A stretch of DNA of 64,000 nt from Yuukianura sp. NJ FZ-2021 (lineage: Eukaryota), in NCBI GenBank assembly GCA_046563655.1, contig CM102285.1, positions 496,001-560,000 on the forward strand, read 5' to 3'. The notes under the pieces are model-generated. The model worked only from the letters and a program-made list of their open reading frames with translations. It was not told the DNA's origin and searched no databases. The position numbers and the translations under genes were made by a program. This document shows positions 25,753 to 37,951 of the stretch, in pieces (position 1 is the first letter of the stretch; every line of letters begins with the position of its first letter).

Positions 25753-28194
25753 TGTGGGAGCCGTGGTTGCTCGTTTGAAGAAGCACGGAGTGGAATTTAG
25801 TGATTTGGCTCTGGCCAACCGTGGAGAGGCGGCGAGCGGAGTGCTAAGGCGTGACGAGCCGTTGTCCAGTGCAGCGATTCCACTTGTGTCCTTGGCCTCG
25901 AGGGAAGATATGCGTTTCGTTCTATTTTCGATTGTCGATGTTTATTTATTTGGCCGTATCGTAAACTTTCACCAAACAATCCTCCCGTTCTCACCCTCTC
26001 CTGAATGAAAATGAGGTGAAGGTGGCAGGACTCGTATCCACACAAGTTACGACTGGACGTGTTACCCCTTCCTCTCTGGAGTTTGTGGAGCAAAGAGCTA
26101 AGGGCAAGGTAAAGGAGGTGAAATTCCCAGGGAAGTGAAAGGCCTCTCTGCTTCTGGAAGGAGTCAAGAGGATGAGCTCCACTTCTGTGCTAAAACTTTT
26201 TTTTGCACTTTATAGTACTCCGCAAGACTACTGGGATGCTGGATGCTGCACGGTCTGCAAAGGTTCCTCTCGAGTACTTCAAAGTGCTTCCTTTCCATGC
26301 GCTCCCCAATCCACGCTGTGCTCACTCTCCTGCTGCTCAGATTCAACTAAATGAGTTCCTCCAACGGCACGTTAGTTGGTAAACTGGAACAGAAAATCGA
26401 TCACTTTACACACAACTACACTCCAAATAAGGAATAAGAGTATATACTTTCTCAGAGTCGAGCTGTGTGGATGGCCTCCGCGGTGTGGCCACGGCCGACC
26501 GCCGCGGTTCCAAAACAGGTTGGTTGGCCTTCTGGCTCCAGCCTCAAACCTTAATTCAAAACCAAAGAAAGTTTTCTTTAGATCGTCCTTGTCCTATTCC
26601 TGTTTTCAACTTTAGAAAAGTTGGAGGACGCCGCACTGAGTTGACAAACAAATAGAAATTAAATTATTTCTGAATCACCTCAACTTTTCTTTTACGTTTT
26701 ACCCAAAACTTACCAAACTTTGAGCAATCAGTTTGAAGTAGCGAAAGAATTATTGCGGCAACGACACGAAATCTTTCAGAAGTGCCAGTCCAATCAAATT
26801 ATCTCCCTGTTTCAATTCAATTACTTTCCCAATCCTTGGTTTCTGAAAAAATAAACGACGTTACCTCATGAACTCCATTTTTGAAGCAAGTGAACGTAGA
26901 AGTTGGTATAAAAATAGTTGACCTTGACATAACGATGCGTTTTGAGGAGTTCCGCAGCAGGTACCATCCAGGGACTATCTTTGTGTCACGTCAACAGGAA
27001 TTGAGTGTAGACACGCAACGTCAATTATTCACTTTTATCCACCTTCCCCTCTCTCCGAGTTTTCCGTTGTCATTAGTCAGAGTAGGGCCGAGTAAAGGTC
27101 AAACCTTGTTTTCTCTGAGAAATGGACACTGAAAGAGTACAAACAAAAGTTTTTTAGTATATTCGGTCTAATTTATATAGAAAAATTTATTACTGAACTA
27201 AAACAAACGTACTTTTGTGGTGGCCATTAGTGTCTAAAAATTCACACAGCATTGCCGGACGTACTCTGAGTAACTTTGGTAGATACACAAAGTACTGGCT
27301 TATCTCCGAATGACTTCTAAGCTCCATTCCTCCTTTTTCTTTAGAAGTCTCCTCCTCCAGGACAGGAATTCCTAGAAGTATTTTTAAAAAAAAATCACGA
27401 TGAACCTTGCCCTTTAGTATTTTCCGAATGTCTTTTTGTGTAGATGACATACCTCGCAATGGCCAAGCCAAGGCATCGTCTGTAATCAAAACTGGGTCAT
27501 TAGATCAAGATATCCAACTACTTAGAAGCGGGAACCAAAAATAACTTGTTTGATTAATTGTCTGAGCTTACCTTATTAATTGATTAACGGTGCTTTTAGT
27601 ACCTCAGAACTTTTTGTCGGAACAGGAGTTTGGATTTGGAATAAAGGCAAGGAAGCCGGACAGCCGGAGCGGACGATATTGTGGACTCCCATCCCCATGC
27701 TGGTAATTGTTGGACTCGGTACTTCCATCGTTCCATCATCCCACACAATTAATCAAGTTCTAGTAATTAAACTAACTAATTGATGACTGATGATTAACGT
27801 TAACTAAAAAGTAAACAAAGTGACGACAACCGGTTCCCGCAGATCAGCTGACTTCTCCTATTTTTTCGTGGCGGGAAATAACTCTCACTTGTTCAAATTA
27901 GTACGAGGCTGAACAGCTGATTGTGAGTGCGACCTTTGGCATTGGTTTGGTTATGGTCTTATGGTCGGTGTCCTACTGAACTATAATTAATCATGTAAGT
28001 ACAATTAATCGATTAACTTAAATTAAGAAAGTTGTGGATGTAGTAATTGTAATTCACTATTCATCTATAGGAGTCGCATTCATAAACGTTTCGTGCTCCA
28101 GGTCGGTAGGACACCAGAATCATAATTAACGCCACGGCACCGGCACCCGAATGTGATCATGGACCAGTTGACCAGTATCTGAAAAGGCACCAGC

Positions 28195-29277
28195 ATGAGT
28201 GCACCAGCTACAAAATTTTTAGAAGTCTTGATGACAGCCACGCTTGACTTGTTCGAGAACATTTTTCCTTCGGCCATCAGTCAAGCCCAGTGGTGCGAAG
28301 CTGGAGTTCGTGAAGCCTTTGCTACTGCCAACTTCGTCCAGGACACCCTCCTCAAAATTGATTCTCTCTACGCAGAACTACTATACGCTCAAATTTCCAA
28401 ATCTTGCCAAACTTGCCTCAGTCCATGTCTTCGGGAAGACTCGTACCTGTCCTATACGACCATTCCAGAACGACTGGACATTGCATTTGAAATTAACCCT
28501 TATCTGTCACGAGACTTCAAGGAACTCATACACCTCTACTTTCTACAAATGTTTGGCCAAGTACCCTCCGACCGATCGACCTTCTACGCTCAACTCCTTC
28601 TGAGACACTACACTTCGAATCAGTCCTCCTCCCAGGGTCAACTCCACCATGTACTGCCAAGTATCCTCCAGCATGCCAAGTATCAGCTGTCGCTAACTCA
28701 GGGACACCAACGTCACAAAACCATTCAGAAGATACTCCAATCAATATCTCTAAGGTCATACACATTGGACGAAGCAAGGTTCGTCCACACCAGCATCCTA
28801 GTCATGCTGGGTCATCCAGAATGTGACTTTGCCAGTGACGTTGTGATGACGTTGAGGCGGGAACTAGCTCGGACGGACGTCTGGGACCCAGAACTGCTTG
28901 ACTTCTACTTCCTGGATGCTGATCCAGTACTTTTGCGTTCAGCGATGTCAACTTTGGAGAAAAATGGAATTACAGCCTTGACGGTCCTGCTGATTGACAT
29001 TGTGAATTCGTATGCCTCAATAGCGAGACGGAAGATAACCAAAGTGGATCCTGTCAAACGGTACCTCAATCCAGACTATGATGTCCACAAATCAGTCACG
29101 GTGCGGTGGACACTGGACGGTGTCCATTTTAACTTCAAACAGTGGCACAATATTGTTCAAATAGCCGCTCGTGATGTGTTTAGATCTGGAAAAAATGCTT
29201 TTGAGCAACAACTTCTTTCGGTGTCCCAAACTTCTGAAAAGTTTAATCACGATTTCTGGGAAGACTTGTTAAGTTAA
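28195..29277 (+). CDS. Uninterrupted 360-aa ORF, possible divergent FANCF-like protein
   Basis: Long ORF in intron-rich DNA. N-terminal F-E..S...W...VR.A...A.F pattern, internal INPYL, and C-terminal FWEDLL recall FANCF (WDPATVRRALQWARY...IWTDLL). The gene is probably real; the identity is tentative. Confidence 0.6.
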   Translation: MSAPATKFLEVLMTATLDLFENIFPSAISQAQWCEAGVREAFATANFVQDTLLKIDSLYAELLYAQISKSCQTCLSPCLREDSYLSYTTIPERLDIAFEINPYLSRDFKELIHLYFLQMFGQVPSDRSTFYAQLLLRHYTSNQSSSQGQLHHVLPSILQHAKYQLSLTQGHQRHKTIQKILQSISLRSYTLDEARFVHTSILVMLGHPECDFASDVVMTLRRELARTDVWDPELLDFYFLDADPVLLRSAMSTLEKNGITALTVLLIDIVNSYASIARRKITKVDPVKRYLNPDYDVHKSVTVRWTLDGVHFNFKQWHNIVQIAARDVFRSGKNAFEQQLLSVSQTSEKFNHDFWEDLLS

Positions 29278-29458
29278 GTAATACTCCAATTAATCAAGTA
29301 ATTAACTTAACGTACGATAAGAAAAGCACAAAATATGTATTTTACGGGTAGAAATTCAGTGGAACTTTAAAACTTAAAAAAAATTATCTTCAGCCGCTAT
29401 TAGTACTAGTACTTAATTTTAAGTATATCTATTAATTGGTTAATTAAAACCCACTTGA

Positions 29459-32400
29459 TCAATTATCTAAAACAAAAGAGTTTTGAAGTTCAGTAAAAGA
29501 GGATTCGAGCTCTTCCTTTTCTTCTTTCATCTCCTGCAGCAGGGTTTGCATACTCTGAAGAAGGTTGCTAGTTTCCGATTGCTTAGAAACTGCTTTGTAC
29601 TTTGGTGATGACATCAACGTTAGCAGGTCTTGGTCAAGTCCAAATCCACCACGTTTTCGTCTACTGCCTCCAGAACAGGACGGGCATCTCGATAAGCTCG
29701 GTTTGACAGTTGTCAGGTTCTGGATATCCCGAAGGTCAACACAGACTTGATACGCAGAAGAGCCAACCGACGAAAGCTTCTCTAGGACACACTCTTGACA
29801 CGCCTGTCAATCAATTAATCGTTAATTAAAACTTTTCAAAACAAAAACAACGGATAAGAAGTTGAGATTTCTTACCTCCAGCAACTCTCTCCATGGTATA
29901 CTTCTCTCTTTTCGTAAAAGTGACAACACGAAGTTGAATCTGCGGTAAACAAACAAACAAAAAAGAACAATTCAATTAGTTTGTCACTGAACAAACGTCT
30001 TCATCCAATAAGAAACGTTTGCCGTTTTCCTCCAACCAATCAGCTAGCTGTTTGAAAAACGTTTTCCCCACCAGTTAGCTGTTTGAAAAACGTTTTCCCC
30101 ACCAGTTAGCTGTTTGAAAAACGTTTTCCCCTACCAATCAGCTGCTTGCCGAACGTTTTTTTCCGTCAATCAGCTGTTTGGAAAACGTTTTCTCCCACCA
30201 GTCAGCTGCTTGAAAAACGTTTTCCCCACCAGTCAGCTGTTTGAAATACGTTTTCTCCCACAAATCAACTGCTTGAAAAACATTTCCCCCAACATTTACT
30301 TGCTTGAAAAAACGTTTTTTTGTCCCCACTAATCACCTGTTTCAAAATAAAAAACGTTTTTTTCCCCTTACCGAGTCCGTAAGTTGTCCGATATGTCGTG
30401 ACCTTCACTAACTTTGACAATTTCTTGCTTCAAACGTTCCGTGACCTCTGCTTGACCTGTGACCTTCCCTTGATGCCACTTTTGTATGAGATCTTCTGGA
30501 GGATCGATGAGCAACTGCCGTTCAAGTTCCTTTAAATTCTTGATTACTACTCCCAGCATCCCTGTTTCATGCGTAAAGCAAATATTCTGACAATACTTCT
30601 GGATCAGAAGCTTAGTGGCTCTTCCAGGCCACTTCTTAAGTACCCCCAAAGTGTCCATGTTCTGGATAAGCACTTTGAGGCCCTTGACAACGTCATTGTG
30701 CCCTTCATAGAGGTGACATGGACAAGTGACTCCGTTGAGCCTCTTGTGGAACACGTCTCGGATCATCGTTGCCGCAAAACTTGAAAATGGCAATAGAATC
30801 ACAGGGGGGTCCAGCGGTGGTCCGATTATCACAGATTCGGCTATCCATTGCAGACCGTTGACCAGCGCTGGAACGTTGTCCACTACATGTTGACCTTTGA
30901 TGACCTGAATCACTTTGCCCCTGTCACTACCACTTCCAGAAGACTCTTCACAAGTATCCAATCCCAGACGACTTCGAAGTTCAAATTCAGTTGAATCCGA
31001 TGAATTGAAGATCACCACAGGAACTTCTGGATTTCTGGTTACAAACGGCCGAAGTTTGTCCAATGTCGAAAAATGTTGACTTTTCTTGTCCTCAGACGCA
31101 GAAGTATTGAACAGCACAATTGCTTTCGTGTCTACACTTGCTTCCAGGTCAGCATCAGTACACTTCTGGAAGGTGACGAACCAGTTCCTGTCTTGGGTCA
31201 ATCGATGGGCACAGTACTTGGCAGTATTTCCAGCATTTCCAAGCATGACAGAGTCTTCAAGGAAACTGTTCCAAGTCCAATTGGCCAAGTAGTCCCACGG
31301 TCCAAATTCACTTGTGCTGGCCAGTACAATGTTGATGGCCACTGGAGGGTGCCACTCTGCGCAGATTTGCGGTACTGGCGGTACTTCGGAGAGTTTCGTC
31401 AGCAGCGGGCCTGCCAAGTGATGAATAATAGACGGACTGTATTCTTCTAAGTGCTTTTCAAAAGATCGCTTGACTTGCATTGCCCCTGAAATTCAAAAAA
31501 GTTTTCAAGAAATTCTATGTAAAACAAAAGTTATGAAAAAAAAGCCTGCCAGAAACAGGAGAATAAATGAAATGAAAATGAAAAAAATTCAAGTATTGGA
31601 AACGTTGAACTTACGTTCGAGCAATTGAAACGAATTGCTCTCACGCGACGGTTTGTCGACCAATGGCAGGACACCAGCCGACCACTGACTCAAAATTGTC
31701 ACTGCTGGATACTGGGCAGCTATGATTGGTGGAAAATTTTCAACATTCCACTGCTGTCGTTCCAGTTCTCGAATCCTAGCAACTTGTATTTCCTCAACAG
31801 CCGATTTCCACGTAAGTACCCAATGCCTCAGACGAATTCTCCCACAGATTTCGTCCAACTTCCTCAATCTGGCATCACTGCAACAAAATTTCCAAAAAAT
31901 AACTAAAAATTTTGAAAACTTTCTAACTTTCTAAAACAACGTTTCTAAAAAACTGTTCAAACTTACTTCTCAGCCTTCAACTTATTGTAGATTTCCTGCG
32001 CAACGGTCCTGATTTCCCCCAGTACGACGGTATTTCTAAGATCACTTTCAATTTTTGCACAACTGGAAGCGATTTGCTGCGCTTTCACAAATTCAATCTT
32101 CGCTGATTTCAGAATCGCTCGCTGGATCTCCTCTGCTTCGACCTTGAATTGAAATATATATTAATATTATGTGTTAAAATGTATTATAATATTATTAAAA
32201 TATATGATAATTTTATTGTTTTATACTACATTTTATAAGGAAAAAGCTCACCTGTTTGTAAATTTGCTGCACTATCGACTTCTTTAGCGCTTCTTTAGCT
32301 TCTCTGACCACCACTTCCTGCCTCACAACAGTCGCAACTTGTCTGACTTCTTTCGTCACAACTGCCTGCAGGATCTCTTGAGCCAGCTCATCTCGGAATT

Positions 32401-35273
32401 CCATACCAACTTTTCGCTTTTCTTCAGCCTTTTCCTGTCAAAAAAGAAATTTCGAACTTTCTGTTTTCAAAATTTCAAAAAATTATACTTTGAAACTGAA
32501 ATTTTACTTTTGCAATTCGAGCAGCTTCTTCTCTTTGGCTATCAGAAGAACGAATGCCGAACGTCGTTGATGGCACTCCACCCGAAGTAAAAGGAGACCG
32601 TAGCTGTCCAGAGTTGGCCAACGCGGATGTGAAGCTAAACGAACTTGCAGCAGCACTACTGGCAGCATTTTGTCCAAAAACTGGACGAATTGAAGCCAGT
32701 GCATTGGAAAAACTGAAACCCGCTCCCGGTTCAGATGAAGACGAGGAGTCACTGGATCCAAATGGCTTGAATTTTGCAGGATCAGCTGATTGAGCAGTTG
32801 CGACTCCAAGCCTTGTTCCAAGTCGACTTCTTATATCAGAAGTAGAAATGGCACAAGAAGCTTTTTGTCCAGTAGAAGCCGGAAAGTTGGAGGAAGCTTT
32901 TTGTGAAGTCGCAATGGTAGAGGAAGTTTTTTGTCCAGTAGTGACTGGGGGAGATGCTGTTAGCGCTTGTGCTTGCAGTACGTTCAAATTATGAGCAGAA
33001 GGTGACGGTTTTGTGATTGGCAAAAGAGATTCCAGTAAATCTCTTTTGAAGTATCCATGTTCATCAAAACTTGAATGCGGAACGTGTGAATCAAGTGGGT
33101 TATGTCCAAGCAGTCCTCCATTGATGGCTTCACTAACCTAACGTAACAAAAACGTTTTTGTTTAGATTAGTTATTTCATGATTTGGTTAGCTAATTCAGT
33201 TAAATTAATTGACTAAAATCTTACCGAAGAAGTGAGTTTGGATTCGATGAGAGCATACTCTCTGCTGATGAGGCTGAATTCGGGTTGTTCAAACTCGTTC
33301 CGATTTCGCATGGTGATTGACACGGCACCAATATTTGAGTGATGGAATCCATGCGATTCGCAGAAAAACGTAAAAGTGTTGATGTTTTCATTTCCACTTC
33401 CAAACCCCAGCATCCGCTTCACTTGCATTGTCGGAATCTACATCAAAGTAAATCAATAAATCAGTAAATTACAAACTCAGATTTACAAAACAGATCAGAT
33501 TTGAAACTCACAGCTACAGCATTCTTAACCGAAAATGTTTTGAGGAATCTTCTAAGTGCGTTGGTTCGAATTTGGAAAAAGTAGCGATGCAGAATACATG
33601 AGACCATGAAAGAAGATTTCTCCACCAATCGAAAAAATGCTACTGAATTCATACTGTTCAAAGCAACGTAAATTTTCAGAGCATGTGCCACTGGAGCCGA
33701 TTTCAAAATCCGGTCAGGTTTTTGTTGAATTTCCCTAAAAATGTCAAACAAAAAGCCAGAAAATTGTGAATTCTTGAACCTAAACTTTTTGTTTAGAAGT
33801 TCTAAAAAAAACTTTTTTTGATTACCTGACAATGTCTCCTTCGTTCAAGTGCATTAGGATTTGGTAAGCTCTGAACTCTGGTTCGTTCGGACACTCGATT
33901 CCTAGTGGCAGTAGATCAGCATACATGTGTTCCAGACTTTGCAGGCACTTCATTAGATTTTCATCGTTGAGTTTAGGATCGAACGAGTGTCGATCCAGTT
34001 CACAGAGGCGAGTTGAGCAATAAATGTGGAATCGGACACACTTTTCCATGAGTAAAACAGCATCGGTGGATCCTAGTAGTTGTTGAGTCATGTCCTTCCG
34101 AATGGCTCTTGTTCTGTCCCAGATGAAAAAGTAGAGATCAGACAATCTCTCGTTCTCATCTTCCATGCGACTGATGATGTTGTGCAGAAGATAATCGAAA
34201 GTGAGGTGGAGAGATTGGATTGGACGAAGGTCATGTGGCAGTGGCTCTTCCTGATCAGCTGAGCTTCTGGAATACTCTTTTATAGCAAGGTGATGGTCCA
34301 CAACAGAGTCCTAAATGACAAATCACATCTAATTACTAATTAGTTAAGCACTTCAACTTTCATGTCAAAGTTTATGTCATCTCCAGCTATGATAATGTCA
34401 GATTAATGCCAATCAAAAGTGAACTACCTGTTGAGATGAATCGCACTCGTATGAAGATAGTCGTCTTTGGACTTCTCGCATGTACCGTTCCTTTTCTGGA
34501 CACATGTCAGGACACGTCCCGGCCAGTGTCACGGCAAACTCAACTCTGACCTTGACCTTCGGATTCCCTAAAACACAAAACAGAATGTACTAATAACAAG
34601 CACAAAAAAACGTTCTGATATCGTCATGCACAATTACTTGATCATGAATGACTAATTGATACACAGGTGACTCACTTTTACGAATTAGTTTGTCGATCCC
34701 ATCCAGAATTTTGTACCGATCGTCCGCAGTATGTGCTGGTTTCGACACCAAGTCTTCCAATTCTCTGTCATTGATGATAGTACTCGTTATAGGCGGAGGA
34801 GTAGCACTTCTGAACATGTCAGTCTCCTGTTTACTCCGACTTTGACTTGAGGAGGGAACTGACCTCAAGAAGGGATTTCTGATTGGTTCTGACATGGTGT
34901 ACTGCGGAGTAACTCCATCCAAACTGTCTCCATCACGCGGCAGAACTACGGATGTCCGTTTCGGAATAGAAGATCCAGGTTCTGGACTTCCTGTTACGTA
35001 AGGAATAGAGGCAGTGGCTAATGGTTCTGGAAGGCCTTCGTATAACTGATGAGGATTCACTGAAGAAGAGGGATTTCCCCATTTTTGAGTAAGTTGTGGA
35101 TCCGATGGTTCAGTCTTTTGTTGTATTTGTCCATGTCCTCCTCCTCCTCCTCCAAGAGGTCGAAGGCCGAGGGCATGTCTCCAGCGTTGAGGATTCTGTC
35201 TGGACTCTCGCGGTCCAATCGGAAGTCTCCGTACTTTCTGTTGCGTCGGACTCCGTTTAGTGAAACTGTTCAT
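29459..35273 (-). CDS. MCM3AP: GANP / MCM3AP (Sac3 / xmas-2 family, TREX-2 subunit), about 12 exons
   Basis: GTCPDMCPEKERYMRE (~34430-34540), AIKEYSRSSADQEEPLPHDLRP, FIWDRTRAIRKDMTQQ, CPNEPEFRAYQILMHLNEGD, AFFRLVEKSSFMVSCILHRYFFQIR; stop at 29459-29461. Confidence 0.92.
30040..30350. repeat. Intronic minisatellite (~29-30 bp unit)
   Basis: Repeats of cagctgtttgaaaaacgttttccccacca. Confidence 0.85.
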
Positions 35274-36633
35274 CCTATAAAACAATAAACAAAAACCCAA
35301 AATAAGCTTAATCTTAAACTCATGTAATTAGTTAACTAATCGTAATTAACAACTTATTAATTAACTTAATTGACCAACGCAAGTTACCTTTCCAAGGACA
35401 AATGACAAACCGATCCGTTTTCGGAAATCAGAGGTAGTGGAGTCCGAGGGACCTCAAAACCTTCGGTATTAGGCAACCAATTAACAACTAACAGTTCGAT
35501 TAATTACTTCAATGAATAATTCCAGTGAATGAGACTAATTAAGTGAATTAACGATTTAGTAATCGAACAACTGAGAACTGAATGAACAGAAAAAATCAAT
35601 AACAAATGACCAAGAGAATATGGGTGCCAGAAGTTAGCCCCATCCCCAAAAACCTGAAGTTAGCCCCATCCCCAAAAACCTGAAGTTAGCCCCATCCCCA
35701 AAAACGGCAGAAACTACTATCCATCCCGAAAAATGGCAAAAACTAATGTCCACCCCCAAAAACGGCAGAAACTACTGTCCAGCCCCAAAAACGGCAGAAA
35801 CTACTGTCCAGCCCCAAAAACGGCAGAAACTACTGTCCAGCCCCAAAAATGGCAGAAACTACTGTCCAGCCCCAAAAATGGCAGAAACTACTGTCAAGCC
35901 CCAAAAATGGCAGAAACTAAGTTCTCGGCCCAAAAATGGCCAAAATTAAACTCCAGCCCCAAAAATGGCTAAAACTAAACTCCAGTCCCAAAAGTGGACG
36001 AAACTAGAAGTCTCAGCGCCAAAAACGGCCGAAACCCAGTCTCAGCCCCAAAAGTGGACAAAATTAATTTACAGCCCCAAAAGTGGACGAAATTAAGTCC
36101 TAGCCCCAAAAGTGGACGAAATTAAGTCCTAGCCCCAAAAGTGGACGAAATTAAGTCCCAGTCCCAAAAGTGGACAAAATTAAGTCCCAGCCCCAAAAGT
36201 GGACGAAATTAAGTCCTAGCCCCAAAAGTGGACGAAATTAAGTCCCAGCCCCAAAAATGGCCAAAAGTGGCTGAAACTAATTCCCAGCCCCAAAAATGGC
36301 AGAAACTAACTCCTAGCCCCAAAAATGGCCAAAAGTGGCTGAAACTAATTCCCAGCCCCAAAAGTGGCAGAAATTCAATCCCAGCCCCAAAAATGGCAGA
36401 AACTAACTCCTAGCCCCAAAAATGGATGAAATTCAATCCCAGCCCCAAAAACGGCTGAAACTAACTCCTAGCCCCAAAAATGGATGAAATTCAATCCCAG
36501 CCCCAAAAATGGCAGAAACTAACTCCTAGCCCCAAAAATGGATGAAATTCAACCCCAGCCCAAAAAATGGCAGAAACTAACTCCTAGCCCCAAAAATTTT
36601 GATAGTTTTCTTAAAATGGTTGGGAAGTATTTA

Positions 36634-37951
36634 CCTCTTGTGGACATTTGTGAAAGCAAATGATTTGAGTACAGTTGACAATCGCTGGAAACTTGCGGGA
36701 GCGATTCCTCAGAGTACTACCGACAGGTGAAAAACAAAGTACGCACTTCGGTACACGACGCACGCGTTCAACGAAAAACTTCCAGCAGTTTTCGCGAGTA
36801 TCTTCGTGTCCATGCTGTTTGCCCTCTGACAGCGTGCTGGAAATGATGTTCTCCACCTCATCGTCTGGCAGGATGTAAGGAGTTTCTCCACTGGCCAACA
36901 AGTCGTTGATCAGAACCCCAAACTTTTCATCACCGACTTGTGCGTCTGTCATCTACAGTTTTGAAACGAACATTTTTAGAAAAAAAATATCTTGACTGCT
37001 TTCACCTCTTCAAGGTTTCCGGACTTTTTCAAAAAAGTCCTTATCAAATACATAGCGCCCAAGTTCTTCTGGCCGGCTTTGAGATACAACAGACCCAGGT
37101 CAGTCTTAAGGTCATTGACCCCGTAACCTTTCCTTAGCGCCGTCTGGAAAACGTCCAGTCCTGATAAATACGCGGAGAATCGAGCCAAGCTTTGTTTTCC
37201 TAAAAATTTTAAAATGATGAATTTTTTAGTAATAAATGTCAACTGGTGAAGTTTTTTTAATTTCTTCATTGTTGATTTTGTTTTTACCTGAACCGCCGAC
37301 ACCAACAATGTAGTTCCCCGGTTTTCCCCCATTAGGTTAGGGTCAATTGCCCCTTGAGGTTAGGGTGTGGCCTTAGGTTAGTGTAGTTAGGTTATGGTTT
37401 AGTGTTAGCGTTAGTTGAGATTGGTTTAGCGCTTAGCGCGAGTTTTGAGAGAGTTAGCGTGGTAGAGGAGAGTCAGGAGAGTATTGCAGACTAGTTGTGC
37501 CAGTTAGTCGGTGTTTGGTGTTTGTCTCAGCAAGGCGACGCTGTGTATATATATGTAATCAGTTTAGGATAGGATATAAGTTGAACTGGCTATTTAAGTT
37601 GACACTGTGGTGTTGCCACCCGATGTTGCCACAAAAAATGCCGGAGTGGCTACGATCGTAGTCTGGAGGCCATTTTTGGCAGTTTGTCGTAGGACGAGGT
37701 GCTACAACAAGCAGAGCATTTCCACGGGGAGACTCAATGATTCGGCTAATTTGCAGAACATATCGGACAGCAGCATCGAACAACACGAGATTCCTGATTG
37801 AGTTGAAGTCGTTATATGATTTGAGAGCATCCACAAGCAGCGTCTGAATTGAATTGAAGTTCGTAATTGGCATGTACTTGGGCTCTCCCAGGCCATTCGC
37901 AAAGTGAGAGTACAGTAGAGGTTTGGCCATAACTGCCGTCTCTTCAACTTC
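36634..37951 (-). pseudogene. Axonemal dynein heavy-chain fragment (AAA4 region), with introns, disrupted
   Basis: HFANGLGEPKYMP...NLVLFD..RIIESPRGNALLV|GVGGSGKQSLARF...GYGVNDLKTDL...[20 protein letters not shown]...[11 protein letters not shown]. No other dynein exons are visible; HKCPQE stands where HEWP is typical. Confidence 0.88.
37309..37706. mobile_element. Solo LTR (398 bp, Gypsy-like)
   Basis: TGTAG...CTACA termini, 4-bp TSD ACAA (37305-37308 and 37707-37710), internal TATA-like run; removing it restores ALLVGVGGSGK. Confidence 0.85.

Noticed and set aside
27190-27740. Possible small spliced gene on the minus strand
   Set aside because: Exon-like composition and splice-like sites, but no single convincing reading frame or recognisable homology; may be UTR or non-coding.
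36634-37951. Functional dynein heavy-chain gene
   Set aside because: Only ~250 codons of a >4000-aa protein, interrupted by an LTR, with substitutions at conserved sites.
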